From Schmidtea polychroa (taxonomy: Eukaryota), in NCBI GenBank assembly GCA_044892525.1, contig CM097885.1:44952001-45016000 (forward strand): a DNA stretch of 64,000 bases. The letters run 5' to 3'. The notes below the pieces were generated by a model. It was given only the letters and a program-made list of their open reading frames with translations, did no database searches and had not been told where the DNA came from. Below, one piece after another: positions 1 through 15,400 of this stretch; position 1 is the stretch's first letter; each line of letters begins with the position of its first letter. Position numbers and translations under genes: made by a program.

Positions 1-69
1 GGGACCACCGAGACGGACACAGGTAGCCGTGTTTCAGACTGATCAAGGCGAGAACGACGAAAAGATTTC

Positions 70-1233
70 ATGCCAAGACGAAGACTACCCAAACCAAGAA
101 GCTCTATCGTTGGGCGAGATGATCGGAGCAATGAATTAATGGGCAATAATGACGATTGTGTATGCCAGTATAATTGTATAAGTAGATATAAATATATTAA
201 TAGTATTAGTAGTAAAGTGAATAGTATAATTCCTTTTGTAAATAATGTATATAATGTAGAAAATATTAATAATAACGTGAATAGTATAAGTCCTTTAGTA
301 GATAATTTAAATAAAGTAAATAATAAAATGTTGGATGATAATAATGTAATCAGAAATAATGGTAGCAGTAGAATTGTAGGAAATATCGATTTAGTTGGAA
401 AAAATAATGAGCTAGAAACAAATTTTAAAAAAGCGAATCAATGCGATATAATAGAAAGTGTAAAAAATAAAGTTACGGATATTCATGATGCAATTATTTT
501 AAATATGCCTAATGAAAACAATTTTGAAAAAATAAAAATTGATGACGATAATAAAAAAGAATGTAAAAATAATTGTACTCAGATTTTATCGATAGATGAC
601 GTAAAAAAATTAAAAAAAACAGAAAATATGATTTATGTACATAATGAAAAGGATAAAATATTTGATACATGTGACTGTAAAATACAATATAGAAGTGAAA
701 CATATTTGAAGAAGGATGAGTATAATATTGTTTATGATAAAATGGGTGGACGTCCAAGTGTAATAATAGGCATAAATAATTACTTTAAGAATTGTTTGTT
801 GGATACAGGAGCTAGAATGAATGTGATTGATAGTTCGATTATAAAGGAGATCGGAAATCCAGTTTTAAACGAACACGGAGACAAAATCTGGTGCGCAAAT
901 GGTAGTCCATTAAAAACTTTGGGAAGAATCAAGCTTAGAATAAATATAGGAAGTAGAGAAGAAAATATTGTTTTTGTAGTTGAAAATGTATCTCCATCGA
1001 TAATTGGAGGAATCGATTTATTACGTAGGTTTGACATAAAACTAATGAAAGTTATCGGAAATAACATCGAAAATGCAAGCGAATATAATAATATGGAAAT
1101 ATGCAACATTGAAGCCAAATTTGGGAAAAGAACGAATGATGAACTTCGATTTAAAAGAGCAATAGAATTAATAGGATTAAAGTGTGACAACAAACTTTAT
1201 GGAGTAATAAAAAAAATGCCGAAGTATTTATGA
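70..1233 (+). pseudogene. gag C-terminal region and aspartic protease of the gypsy element
   Basis: Protease motif CLLDTGARMNVI and IIGGIDLL; frameshift into RT near 1215-1230. Confidence 0.85.
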
Positions 1234-3769
1234 TAGATAAGTGGGATATAGGCAAAACCAATCTATTAAAGCATGATATTAAAACTGTTGAAGGACCAAT
1301 CCATTTGAACCCAAGAAGACAGCCAGCCCACCTAGAAGAAAAGATTGAAGAAGCTATTAAAAATTTGGAAGAAAACGGCATAATTAGGAAGTGTGACTCA
1401 CCGTGGAATACGCCGTTAGTATGTGTCTGGAATAAGGAGAAAAATGATATTCGATTATGTTTAGATTTTATAAGTTTAAATAAAATGACAGAAAGACAAA
1501 TCTTCCCAATGCCTAATATCGAACAGATGTTAGATTCATTAAATGGATCAATGTACTTTAGCACCATTGATCTGGGAAGCGCGTATTATCAGGTTGAATT
1601 GACAGCAAATTCGCAAGAAAGACAGCGTTCTCAACAAGATCTGGGCAGTTCTGCTTTAATAGGATGCCATTCGGGATTGCTGCTGCTCCAGCTACATTCC
1701 AAAAATTTAAGAATATGGTTTTAGGAAAATTATTATGGAAAATTGCTATAGTGTATTTAGATGATATTTTAATATTCTCAAAAGACAAAGAAGATCATAT
1801 AAAAAGAATAAATGAAGTATTAGAAAAAATAAAAGAAGCAGGATTGAGAATAAATCCTGAAAAATGCAAATTTTTGGTGAAGGAAAGAAAATTTCTTGGT
1901 CACATTATAACTTGCGAAGGTGTTAAAGTCGATGAAGCTAAAATAGAAGCAATAAAAGGGTTTCAAAGACCAAAATGTTTAAAACAATTGAGGAGTTTCT
2001 TAGGACTGTGTAATTATTACAGAAAATTTATAAAAAATTATTCAAAATTCGCAAAAATATTAGAATCGATGTGCGGAAACAATAAAGACAGGTTAGTTTG
2101 GTCACAAGAATGCCAAGAAAGTTTTGAGGAATTGAAGAAAGCGCTATCAACTACACCAGTTCTAATATATCCTGATTATGAGAAAGAATTTATTTTGGAT
2201 ACGGATGCTAGTTTCGACACTATAGGAGCTGTTTTGTCACAGATTGATGATCTAGGTAATGAACGTGTTATTGTCTATGGTTCACATACGATGAGTAAAC
2301 ATGAAATAGGATACTGTATCACGAGAAAGGAACTTTTAGCAATTTATTACTTTGCACAGCATTTTAAGCACTATCTTTACGGCAAGCGATTCCAGCTAAG
2401 AACGGATCACAAGGCTATAACATTTATGATGACAACAAAAAAACCTATAACGGCACAATTTCAGACATGGATAAACTTCTTGAGTAGTTTAGATATGGAT
2501 ATTAAATATCGAAAAGGAATTGACCATTCGAACGCTGACGCATTATCGAGAGATAAATGTGGGAAATGTACACAATGTATGGAAATCCATGAAGATGCCA
2601 AGACAGAGAAAGTAAAAACCAGATTGTTGGCAATGACAGCTACTAAACATGGATTGCAATGGCAAAAAGGTAATGAAGAGATAGAACATAAAAGAAAAGC
2701 AATTGATAAAAATGAGACTACAAGATTTAAAATCATCGAAGATTTAATTTTAACAAGAGAAAATAAAATTTGGATTCCAAAAGTAAATAGAATAGAATTT
2801 GTCAAAGAGATGCACAAAATGTTGTGTCACGCTGGATGCAAGAAGGTAATCGATTATATAAAAGTTAATTGCGATATGGAGGAATTAAATACAATCGCGA
2901 CTCAATATATTCAAAGTTGTGAAATATGCCAGAAACGAAAAACATTGACAACAAAAACAAAAGAAATAATTGTAAAAACACAAGTGGCGGAACCGTTCGA
3001 GGTTATAGCGATAGATTTTTGTGGACCTTTGCAGGCAAACATTCATGGAAAGAAATATATTTTGGGAATTATAGATATGTGTAGTCGATGCATTTCGTTG
3101 ACAGCAGTAGCAAAGCAGGACGAAAAAACTACAGCGGATACTATTGTGAAATTCTGGATATTAAAATACGGGGCACCGAGAATTATTCATGTTGATTGTG
3201 GAAAAACATTTGAGTCTAACTTGATAAAAGAGTTGGCTAAGAATCACAATATACAGCTACAATTTTCTAGCCCTTATCATCATAACACTAATGGGTTGAT
3301 TGAAAGACAATTTCGAACAATACGAGATTTTATCAGTACATCATTAAGAGATAAACTTAAGAGAAATTGGGTTGAAGTGTTACCTGAAATTGAGTTTACT
3401 TTAAATGCTACCATTCAAAGCACAACTGGAAAGACTCCATCAGAAGCAGTATTTGGTTTTCGGATATCTAGAGAATGGAACAATAATAAAAGAATATACA
3501 ACGATAGAAGTAAAATAGTAGAGGAAGTGCAATCAAAACAAAGAAATTTAAATTATAAAAATGAGAACCGAATACACCGAGAATTCGATATAGATGAAGA
3601 AGTTTTAGTTAAAGTAGATTTGAGAAAAAAAGAGGAGGACCGATATACAGGACCTTTCGTAATTGTTAGAAAGATCCATGCAAATAGTTATGAATTACGA
3701 GACAGAGATGGGAAAATTATAATTCGCAACGTTGAATGGCTAAAACCTTTTAAACAGGGGAGATGTTAG
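1230..3769 (+). pseudogene. pol: gypsy pol: RT, RNase H, integrase (frameshift near 1620)
   Basis: SPWNTPLVCV, IRLCLDF, FSTIDLGSAYYQV, MPFGI, YLDDILI, DTDASFDTIGAVLSQ, RTDHK, H-x4-H...C-x2-C zinc finger, DFCGPL, IERQFRTI, GPF. Confidence 0.95.
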
Positions 3770-3991
3770 GGATATTTAAATAATTAATTTATAAATAAAA
3801 TATATATTATATTATAAGAAAAAGTATAATAAGTATAAAAGCTGGCACGCATAATTAGCATTATTATTTAATTAATTAATTCGCCATTTAAATCGGGTGT
3901 TTTAATAATACCAGATTTATGCAATAATTTGTATTTTGTATTTTGTATTAAAAATAAATATTTATAGATTATTAACTGGTTATTATTAACA
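3764..3991 (+). repeat. 3' LTR (~228 bp)
   Basis: Starts TGTTA right after the PPT, ends TAACA (inverted termini); AATAAA near 3953. Confidence 0.75.
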
Positions 3992-4282
3992 ATAACCAAA
4001 ACAGTTAAAAATGTTAAAGAATCACGATAGCTGATGAATCTCGAGCTAAAATTCCAACAGAAACAAAATTTCTAGAATCTCAAACACCAGCCACAGTTCC
4101 TGGTTCTGGAATATTTCTTGAACCATATAATGGAAAAGGTTTAATATTAAGCAATCAACAAATTAAAAGTATTACAAAATATTTACATGGAATTTCTGAT
4201 GAAAAAATATTTAAAAACCTAGGGAAACAAGAAAATGTTGAAATAGGTTCAATTGGGTAAGGTATATTTTTAAATGCTAAAA

Positions 4283-5030
4283 ATGTCTGAAATATTACCT
4301 GAGATTACCTGTTGAGAATAATAACCTAACAAAATTTAATCATAATGAAATATTACTAAATTCATTTAGAATGTTGATTGTTGGAGATTCTAGTTGTGGT
4401 AAAAGTGTTTTACTTTTGAAAATGTTTTGAAAATACCCAAAATTCTTAGATTATAATAATTTAATAATTTTTAGTAAAACAATATTTCAACCAGAATTTC
4501 AATTATTATATCATGGTTTTAAAAATAATCTACCAAAACAAACAATATTAAATATATTTAAAAATCAAGATGAAATCACTAAAGATATAAAGATTTCAAA
4601 TTTGTGTGAAAGTATGAGATCAGATGATAAATCAGAAATAAATATTACCACGAGCAATAATTTTTCAGATATAACACCCTGTGAGAATTTACATAAAAAT
4701 AAAAAGAACTTGATTGTTTTTGATGATTGTGTTAATGATAAAAACCAAGAAATAGTGGAATCATATTTTACAAGATCAAGACATACAATTTGTTGTTGTA
4801 TTTACCTATCACAAAATTATTTTGATTTACCAAGAAGATCGATACGTGGAAACTCAAATTTTTATATATTTTTTGAATTGAATAAACGTGATAGAGATAA
4901 TATTTATCATGATTTATTTTCTACCTTGATGGAAAAATCAGACATTGAAAGATTAAGAAATCATTGGAATACAATACTTTGGAGTTATGTACTAATAGAA
5001 AAGCTATACATAAAAAAATCATTTAAAAAT
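4283..5030 (+). pseudogene. A32/FtsK-like DNA packaging ATPase of the Polinton relic
   Basis: FRMLIVGDSSCGKS (Walker A, ~4383), NLIVFDDC (Walker B), FTRSRH...IYLSQ...IRGN; frameshifted. Confidence 0.85.
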
Positions 5031-5640
5031 GGATCGATATTACAACGACTTGAAAAATATAGAAAAACAAAATCGCATTTAGTATGATAATATTCTTAAT
5101 AGGAATAGGAATTTTAAATTAAAATTTTATAGGACATGAAAAAGAACAGAAACCGATTATTGATACTATATCACATAATAAAAACCCCAATAGCTCCATG
5201 AAACATGAAGAATTAAGCTGTTGGAATCCGAGGTCGGTGATGGAACAGCAACAAATGAAGGATTTAAAGAACAAGATAGTTTATATAAATTTTCATTTGA
5301 AGGAATCTATCCTCTAAAATCTTTATTTAGATTTTTCCAAAAGTATAGTATATTATTTTACTTGATACCATTTGAAATTCAATCACAAAAAATAATGATT
5401 TTAAAAATTGTTTTTGGAACAGTTGTAAATGATGCAGTTAAAATAAATTTGGAGTCTCTTACTCTTCTGGTTCTTTTAATAACATTTAAAATTGAAACTA
5501 TTATAATGGATAGAATGAATATCTATAAACCAACTAATGTGAAATATCTTCAAAGAATAACAACTAATATTGATATACCAACAGGAACAATATTCAGTTG
5601 GAAACCGACAGCTTTAAATTCAAGACCTTGATATATTTGA
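5029..5640 (+). pseudogene. Polinton major capsid protein remnant
   Basis: FEGIYPLKSLFRFFQKY and IPTGTIFSWK...RP resemble Polinton double-jelly-roll capsid segments; follows the ATPase. Confidence 0.55.
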
Positions 5641-6087
5641 AACAAGAATATAAATTAAAATTAAAAAACTTGTAATAATTTATCCTCGGCTGAGAAATCA
5701 TAATTAGAAACATAATAACTCTTGATTTCTATAAAAATTATTATTGATATCAGAATCATGAAAAGAAATATTAAAAGATGGGAAACCATTTTATGATTCT
5801 TAATCCATGAGATTTATTGAAGCTCATAAGATTTCTGAACCTCTCGAGATTCCTGAACCAATAAAATTCTTAAAACTCTCAAGATTCTTGAATCCATGAG
5901 ATTCTTAGGGCTTTCGAGATTCTTGAACCCTATGAAAACCTTTTCCATATTCTTAAGGTTCTTATAATTCTTAGCCTTTATTTCTCATAAAAATCATAGA
6001 AATCACTCTAAAATGTATTGGTTTTATATTACCTAAGAATCCTAAGAATCATAAAAATCCAGATCAAGAATCCTGAGACCTTGAGAA

Positions 6088-6579
6088 TCATAAGAATCCA
6101 AGTAATTTTAAGAATCCATAACATCTTGAGAATCTTGAGAATCCATGAATATTTATGAATATTTTTATTTTTGAATGCAAAGGTTTCCAACAGATTGAAC
6201 GTGAAAATATTTCAGACATACAAATTTTACAAGTATATTTTCCTTTACAGAAATCTTTCAAGGATTTAATATTTTCACATTTATTACATTTTCTTGTTGA
6301 AGAATCTTTTTTCCTTTTCAGTTTAGTTCCAGAGTCTGTCGACATGTGACGTTTTAAATTTACCTTGATAATATCTTAATAACATCCTGAACATTTCTCA
6401 ATCGATAATAAATATTTCTTACAAGAATATTTTGAAGCATAAAACTCTATGGAATCTTTTACTAATTTACATTGATTACATTTTTTAGTTTTCTCTACAG
6501 GTTCAGGTTCAGGCTTAGGTTCAGGCTTAGGTTCAGGGTTAGGTCCAGGCTTAGGTTCAGGCATAGGTTCAGGATGCAT
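6088..6579 (-). pseudogene. PEPK-repeat protein with two CxxC...CxxC zinc-finger-like units
   Basis: (PEPK)n from a hexamer repeat at 6496-6575; KCNQCK...SCKK and KCNKCE...TCKIC. Confidence 0.45.
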
Positions 6580-6604
6580 TTCTCTCTTGGATGTCTTAGA
6601 AGAT

Positions 6605-7030
6605 TTAATTTATGTACCACAAACATACCACAAATATAACAGTTACATCTTTTGCTTTGTTAACTAAAAATATCATTTGAATATAAAAATGTCTTCCTGT
6701 TCTAAATATATCTGAAATAGCTTTCTGGCTTATTATATTCCCCATCTCATCTAAAATTACTAAAACTCTTGAAGTCTCTGTGGCTTGGAATTCTTCCATC
6801 TTTTCTAATTAAAGTAAATCTTCTACACCTTTAGCATTTAGAAATCCATTCCATTCTTTAAGATCTCTACGGCATATATGAACATCGGTGGGATAATTAT
6901 TATCCCTGATGTTTTTTTTTAAAAAGTAGTTTTTCCACTTTCTGCTACTCCATAAATTGTAAAATGATTATTTATTGTATTTATTGTTGAAATAGTTTTA
7001 TTCTCAACTGGAACTGTGGTTTTCATAAAC
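6605..7030 (-). pseudogene. Second A32-like P-loop ATPase remnant
   Basis: TIYGVAESGKTT (Walker A), VLVILDEMG (Walker B), IFRTGRHFYIQMIFL; frameshifted. Confidence 0.7.
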
Positions 7031-8008
7031 CCTGGAAATTGTATAGTTTTTTTACCATTTTGTTTTATAATATATATAGATGGAGGAAGGAAAATTCTAA
7101 AATAATATAATGAATAGCATGCTAAACCATCCACAATCAAACAAAGTCCTATTTTTGGTAAATTATATCTTATTAAAGATTTTACTTATTCACCTCTTTC
7201 ATTTTTATATCCTCAAAACTGTGAGTCTGTGAGAAAAGTGTGAGAAAACATAAAAAGAATCGATAAAAATAAAGGTTTTCTAATAAAAAAAAATGATGTC
7301 ACGAGAAGAACGAAAACTTTGGTGCAAACGAAAATCTCGGCAAAAACCATCAGCATATTCGTCTTATGTGAAAGGAAAACCTGGATGTTCATGTGTAACG
7401 TGTTTTTACAAAACATATGAATATAAAGTATTGAATGGATTGTGTGGTAAATGAAAATCTTGGAGTATTTTTCATGTATCATAGGCTTATTCATTTCATC
7501 TTAGATCGCGTGTAAAAAAATTGGGAGTTGAAAAATGTTTAAAAAAATTTTTTTTTAATTTATTCAAATTACCTAATGTCAAACATACAAAAGTAACAAT
7601 ATTTAATCATAAATATAAAGGTCACAAAATAAAAAATATTAAAATGATGAGCCAAAGCCAAAAAAATTGAAACTTTTTGTGAGTTTTGCAATAACTATTA
7701 TAAAAATACATATTGGAAATTTCAATTGGATATAGAAATCTATAGAAATCTATAGAAATTAATTTATTTATAATAAACGACAAAAAAACTTGGAATGATT
7801 TATAAAAGTCATTTAAATCCAAAGGGTTTGTTATAGATTATATATACAAAGTAATCATCCCAAATTAATTAAATCAAAATATTATTAATATTATGGAGAA
7901 GATGTTGTGAAAAAATGTCAGAAACTCTTGGTGTATTAAATGAAATATTCAAGAAAATATTTAGACTTAATTTCACAATATATTTTAAAGATAAAGATAA
8001 TTCAACTG

Positions 8009-8221
<213 letters not shown>

Positions 8222-8427
8222 GCTGCTGTTGTTGATTTACGTAATTAAAAAAAATAATGATTAAACGTAAATTTTGTTGCAAAAATTGTGCTGATAATCT
8301 AACACGTACAATAATAATAAAATTCTCAATCTCGATAAACAATTATTATTATGTTAATTAATTATTTATGCATGTGCAGCATCGATTTTCAGCAAAATTA
8401 GGACCGCATACGCGATTGTCCTAAAAT

Positions 8428-8620
<193 letters not shown>

Positions 8621-10667
8621 ATATGTTTATATATATTTATGATTTAACTTCTGGAACTAATTATAATATGACACTAATCACATTAATTTATGATATATTA
8701 ATTAACAATAGACTTGGTCATTTTATTTGTAAAACTATAAGTAATAATAATATAATTTACCCTGTTTTGGATATGTAAAATTGTCTGTGTTGATTTTTAT
8801 TTACGCAACTAGAAATAGATTTGTAAAATTTAATCAGACAATGAACACTTAAATAGTAAATAATTTCATAACGAATTTCTACATACTCGTGAAAATTTCC
8901 AGATATTTGTATTTAAACAAATTATGCTTTTAATATAAATTTAAGTAAGAACAATACTAATAAAAACCATTTTTTAAATTTATTTACACACTTGTAATAA
9001 GAGAATTTTACTTGAAAATATATTGACGATTTCATATTGGAAAAATTCAGAAGAAAATGCTGTAGTTATGAGTGTGACTGAAATTTTTATGCATTAAAAT
9101 TTGAGTGTAAATTAATTAAAACTTTAAAATTATTTTATTTCTAAAATCAAATTTAATTGAAAAAAAATTAACAAATAAAATATTTTCTGGAAACATTCAA
9201 ATGGTTAGCAAAGGAAAAGTTAAAGAGACTATGGGATTTTATAAATTGACGGTGGTACCCTAGTAATGCAATTGCAAAATAGCATACGAATTTATTTTCA
9301 CAAATTAATTTAAGGTTTGTTATTTTTCCACCTTATAGATTTTTTACTTTTATTATTTTACTCCGTTTCTAAACAATTCTGCCTTCATCTAATGTTTTAA
9401 CCTGAATGAAAAATTTATAAGGAATCCACGAGTCTTTATAAAAAGCATGTTAGTAAGCACATAGTAGTCACTTTGATGGAATCTCATCCAATTCCTTGTA
9501 TTTTTTTCATGACTAAATTTTTATGTTATATTCTACTTTTAGTCAACCTTTACTTTGAAATTTAATCGAATTAAAAATATTTTTGATGACAGAAAAAACA
9601 TGACGAAGTGGAAAATGAGTTGACTTAATAAAAAAAATCCTACTAAGGAATAAAAAATATACCGACAAAAAGGTTTTATAGGAAGATGACACTAAAAATA
9701 GAGGAAATTTAAATTTTTGGTATTAATGTCAAATATCGAAGGGCAAAAATAATTGTTTTAGAATAATTGTTTTCTTGCTCATATGTAAGAACAGCAAAAT
9801 CGTGGGATATTATAGTAATTTATAAATTAGAAAAATTAAGACATATTATGTAAACTACGGCATGTTGACAAAATTGGGGATTTTTATTTATTCGTTTGAA
9901 CAACATTAGTCACTAAATGATCATATTTACATAAAAATCTTATAAGTGACTTTAGTTGCATTTGTATTGAATGTAAGAAAACTGTATTTATAAACTTTTT
10001 AGATACCATGAAATTTTAAATTTATAGATAATATAAATAAAATTATGTAAATTAAAGCATATAAATCACGTTTGATCTGTTTCTTTTTTTTGACAAAGAT
10101 CAAAAATTGATTCAACAAATTTTCGGATCAACTTTATCAAGTGTTAAAACAAACAAATGTGAATGATAAAAATCCAAGTAATATGATTTAATTTAGAATA
10201 GACAAAATATAATTTCAACTGGTATTATATCATTTGTAATAATGTGTGAAACTGACAAAGGAGACCTTTTATTAGAAAAAATTGTTTTCTTATTTTTAAA
10301 CTCGTTATTTGAGTAATTGTAAATAAAAACTTTGGTCACAATTTTTTGATATGAGTGTTTCTAATATATTTTCAACTTCATTATCAAAGGATTTAGGGTT
10401 TCAGAAGGTCTTAGGTTTCTTAACTTGTAAATAAACACTTTTATGTAAAAACTGACTACTTTTATGAAACTTCGTAAAAAGTATTTAAGTTCTTACTTTT
10501 CTAAAAAATAATATTTGTTGTCATCTCTGTATACTTTAATGAATTAAACATAAAACGGTATCATTAGTTCTTGGAAATTAATGGAATATCAAAAGATGAA
10601 TGAATTTTTAATATTAAAAATTTCACTTTTTAATAGTAATATTAATATTAATAATCAAAATAATCAA

Positions 10668-10668
<1 letters not shown>

Positions 10669-10761
<93 letters not shown>

Positions 10762-10795
10762 GTAATAATAATAATAATAATAATATTAATAATAA
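10669..10795. repeat. (AAT)n microsatellite
   Basis: Read directly. Confidence 0.97.
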
Positions 10796-11989
10796 TTATA
10801 ATACATTTCATTTCATTGATGTAAAAAGCTATTGCGTAGAACTTAATTGGTGATTACATGATAAATATATCATTACGTAATTTTTTTTATACATCTTTCA
10901 TCAAAGAAATAATTACATGACAAAATACTCCGTAAATTATAATACCTAGAACCTAAAAATATTCCGTATCTATACAAATGGCAGTTAAGATATGTTAATG
11001 AATAATGAAATTTAAATATTTTCTTTGCCCACATTATCTGTGAATCTTCCACGATACTAGTTTTGGCTCCGATCTCTGGCATAAATCAATAAACTTAATC
11101 AAAATAAAGTGCAATTGAAAATAATTGATCAGCCGTAAAGATAAAAATTTTACTAATAAAGTGTGAGAATAAAATAAATAAATTTATTAACAATTAAATA
11201 TATAGTCTAAAATGATGGATTTTTGATAGCAGCAAAAATTAAATGTTAAAACAGATCAATGATAAAAAAACCTTTTTGCAATTGTTATTATGTGTAAATT
11301 TTTTATTATAAAATTATTCTTTCCAATCTATCGTATTTTCCCACATTTAACACACGGGTTATACCGAATTTTACATACCCCGCATGGGGGTGCGGGCTAT
11401 ATATGGGTGCGCGTTATATCAAACGTTTTTTACTCACAAAAATATTTCAGTATAATTTTTTTTAATTCATAATTTATATTTTGTTTTATTTCGTTTTTGT
11501 TAATGTTGGAATTTATGTGTATTACGACTTACGATACGATGAATTAATGTTTAGAACCTAGATGTCTTCAAATCAACATTGCAGGAATCATATCAGAAAG
11601 ACCGCTTCTGAAACTTTTAGTTAAAATAAGATATGTTACGAAAATTAAAAAAGTTAAAAAAATTGTTTATACTATTTCTATTAGTTTTATAATGTGGCAT
11701 ATTTTGTGACTAATTCTGATTTAATCATCATCATCACTGCTGCTGATACCATTCTCAAAACCTTCAAAACTGTCATCCAGATCATCCTTAAAAATGTTCA
11801 TGAGTTTTTGAAGTCTAGCTTCAGATATTTCGCTGTCATCATCGTTGTAACCATGGCTATCATCATCGCTGTCATCGGCACTGTAGATATAGCTCTATTG
11901 TAAGAAAATTCAAATTATGCATCGATTTTTTGGTGAATCTATTTGAAATTGATGTAATCAACGAAGGATTTTCAATTATACATAAGTAT

Positions 11990-12486
11990 TTTACCTATAA
12001 CAACTACTGCAGAATTAGAATTGATTGACATGCAGAAAGACCTTACATTAAAAATGCATCATATATCGATAGCGACTCTAATAGAATTTTGGAAACTTGT
12101 TGCTAAATCTAAATACCAACATTTGAAAAATGCCGCCTTAAAGTTAATCTCAATGTTTGGCATGGCCTACTGTTGTAAATCTTTGTATTTTTCAATGAAG
12201 CTTATTAAGTAAAAACATCGCTCGCAGCTAACAAATGAACACTTATCCGAAGTTCTTCGCATTGCATTAACGAATTATAAGCCAGATTTTAAGAAATTTG
12301 CAGCGAAAATGCAATCCCAAAAAAGAAACATTTTATAGTGAATAATAAATAAATTTTAAAATGAATGATTGGTTAAAAACATGTAAAAATAGATTTTGTT
12401 GTTTTTTATTATTGCCAAGTTGTGGCTCTCCATAATTCAAGTTTATGGTTTTTGGATCTTATGGAAGAAAAGGTTGGCCACCCCAG
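11990..12486 (+). mobile_element. hAT (Charlie/SPIN/EPM2AIP1-like) transposon 3' fragment
   Basis: EFWK...KYQHLKNAALKLISMFG...HRSQLTNEHL dimerization region; ends AGGTTGGCCACCCCAG, a Charlie-like TIR. Confidence 0.75.
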
Positions 12487-15400
12487 TCATTGTCGACACG
12501 TGCGTACATGATCGTACGAGTAGATAATAATGATGCACTGGAATTTATGTCTATGTTTATGTTGAGTGATAATATAGTACACAAATAAGGTGTAGGTTAT
12601 ATTATATAACACGAATCCTATCTGTGTAATATATTAATAATTTTGAAAAAAGATTTGGAAAACGTTCAGGAAATTTGTAATTCGAGTTATTTCTATATTT
12701 AAAAATTTATATAGTCAAATTTATTTCCAATGAAAAAATGGAAAATGAATTAAAAAGAAAACAAAAGCAAAAAATGAAAATTCCATTTTAATTTTGAACT
12801 ACCGTATTTTCCCGCATATAGCCCACATACGTAGATAACCCGTTCCCTCATAAACCCCACGCGTTTTTAGGTTTTGTGTAAAAATTTGAAATAAAAAATG
12901 AAGTATCAACAATTCCTGTTAAATATAAAATATTGATTTATAGTCTAAAAAAGAAATGATAGTGTTAGTTTAGTGTTATTTAATATAACCCAAAAATAAC
13001 TACGAAGTTTTATATATTGGTCAAACATTTACATTTGAAATACACAATATATTTGAAAATTGTGAAATAAAAGTTTATGCCAGTTTAACAGTTTGTCCCT
13101 GGGCGCCATCTGATTATTGTGATTAATTACTCTTATTTAAAAAATTCTAGCAAATTTAGATTTTTAATCTTTTTAAATTTATGTTAAATATGTATTTGTC
13201 GCAACAAATTAATTTTTTTATTTATTAATTTTTCTTATTTCAGACTAATTAATGATCAAGAAGAATCATTTAGAATTTTGTGAAAAACTAATTTAAGAAT
13301 TTTACATGACACGAAAGCATGAAATTAAATTGATTTATCTATTAATTAAAAAATATTTGGTAAATTTAAATTTAGAATTAATTAAATTTCAACTGAAAGG
13401 AAAACAATCAATAAATTAATTGGAAAAATTTTAATATAAAAGTGAAATTGGTAAATATATTTTAAATTATGTGTGGCGGTGGGTTTATTTAAAAAGTCCA
13501 TTTTAAATTAAAGGATTATATTTTAAAATAAGATAGATAATATGCAAAAGAAATAACTCAAATAGTTACACAAAATAGTACATTCTAATATAAGTTAAGA
13601 CAAAATGTTTATTCCACTTGATGTGGTAAAACAAAACTCATCCATTTTTTTTCATAAACTTTTTACACAATACAATAATTCAATAAAACATTTATATAAG
13701 ATATATGGCAAAAAGATATAAACTACTATAGATTGTTAATTGTATTTTTCATGAGGTTGCATAGCTAGAACATTTGTTAACAAAATCTCAGAGTTTGAAA
13801 ATTTCCAAATAATTTAAACAATTGAGAACATCATTTAATTATGCATTTCATATAATGTTCGTATATATTTCGATAAGACCGCCTAATGGCTCACTACATT
13901 ATATTTTATTAATTTTTTTATTGTGACTCCAGATGGTCCTGTGGATTAATTCACAATCCAAGTAATAAATTAAATTTTCATTGATACCACAATAATAACA
14001 ATCAAATTGATAAAATATTCTGACTAATAATTTTTTGATATCACTGAAATATTATAGTTAATTTAAACTAATTGAGAGTTATTATTATGAGAATAAATTT
14101 TCTTTTTATTATACGCCCAATTTTGTCTGATTTTTTGTATCCAAATTTTGATCAAATTTGATCTTCATTTCTGTGTTAAATAGTTGGGTTCACATCAACA
14201 ATTTGTTCTCAAAATAAACCAAATGAAAACAAGCGATTTCTTCAACAAAACTCAGTTGAATTTTTGTTCCTGTTTTGATTAATTAAAAACACACAGCATT
14301 TCACAGCATTTCACAACAAATATAATGACAATAACCTTAATTAACATATTTATTACCTAATCATACCAATATTGTTTATATCATGTTCGTAATAATCAGT
14401 GACGAAAACAATTAATGTTAACATGGTAAATAATATGTTTTGATTATTATTTTCAATTAAAAATTCACATAAACCTATATTATAGATGAGTTTTTTAAAG
14501 TTTATCTCTCCAAATTTGTAAATTATAGAGCTAAATGAATTCTTACGTTCATAATAAAATTTAGAAATAAAATTTGTCCTAATAATTTCATGTATGTTTT
14601 ATTTTCTAAACAATCCTAAACAATTGTATCTGTCATTGTTCCTTCAAAAAATAAAAATTTAAAATGCTCTAATTCCATACGAAATTTCCACATATCGAAA
14701 AATTATTTGCATAATTTACTATATGTTGGTTTGTGTTTGAAAATTATTTTTTCTATCACTTTCCATTTCCATATATATTATTTTAATTCATACAACATTA
14801 AAATTCAGCACACGGTTAAGTTTGTGTGTTTCTATAATATAAACTTGTTGATTTGTTTTTTAAATTACAGATGACTTTATTCCATACAAACAAGTGAATA
14901 TGAATAAAAATTATCTATAAAACCTTTGTCCGCAGAATGAAATTCTTTCTTATAATTATTGTACTTGGATTTAATATCAAAATCAATTTTAAATATATTA
15001 TTTAAAATAAGGATTACTTATCTATTTCCACAAGTTGTTTAAATTTTTCTGCAAGATACAAGCAACGAAATGATAATTCCAGTTATTTCCAGGTTTCTGT
15101 CTGGGTAAGTGACTGAGCCATTTTGAATGTAAATAGAAATCAAAATATTTATCAAACATTCTTTGTTTCGATAAATTTAACTGTTGAAAATTACAGGATA
15201 TACGACATATAAACCCAGCTTTCTAAAACTCATAAAATGAGCATTATCACTACCATTTCTGTTACAAATAATTATTTGTTTGTTATTTACTTTTAAAAAA
15301 ATTCGTATTTTTTAAATTAAATCAATTAAAGCTGAAAACCAGTCATTCTGGCTGAGGAAATAATAAAATAAAAAATAAAAATTAATTAGTTTGACAGTTT

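Larger units (their letters stand above)
1..3991 (+). mobile_element. Ty3/gypsy LTR retrotransposon (5' part outside window), frameshifted copy
   Basis: Domain order PR-RT-RH-IN. Polypurine tract AAACAGGGGAGA (3752-3763) directly precedes a TGTTA...TAACA LTR. Confidence 0.95.
3992..7140. mobile_element. Decayed Polinton/Maverick (adintovirus-like) relic
   Basis: GSGIFL/GKGL core-protein motifs at ~4100-4145, an A32-type ATPase, a capsid remnant, a second ATPase and zinc-finger ORFs, all with stops or frameshifts. Confidence 0.8.
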
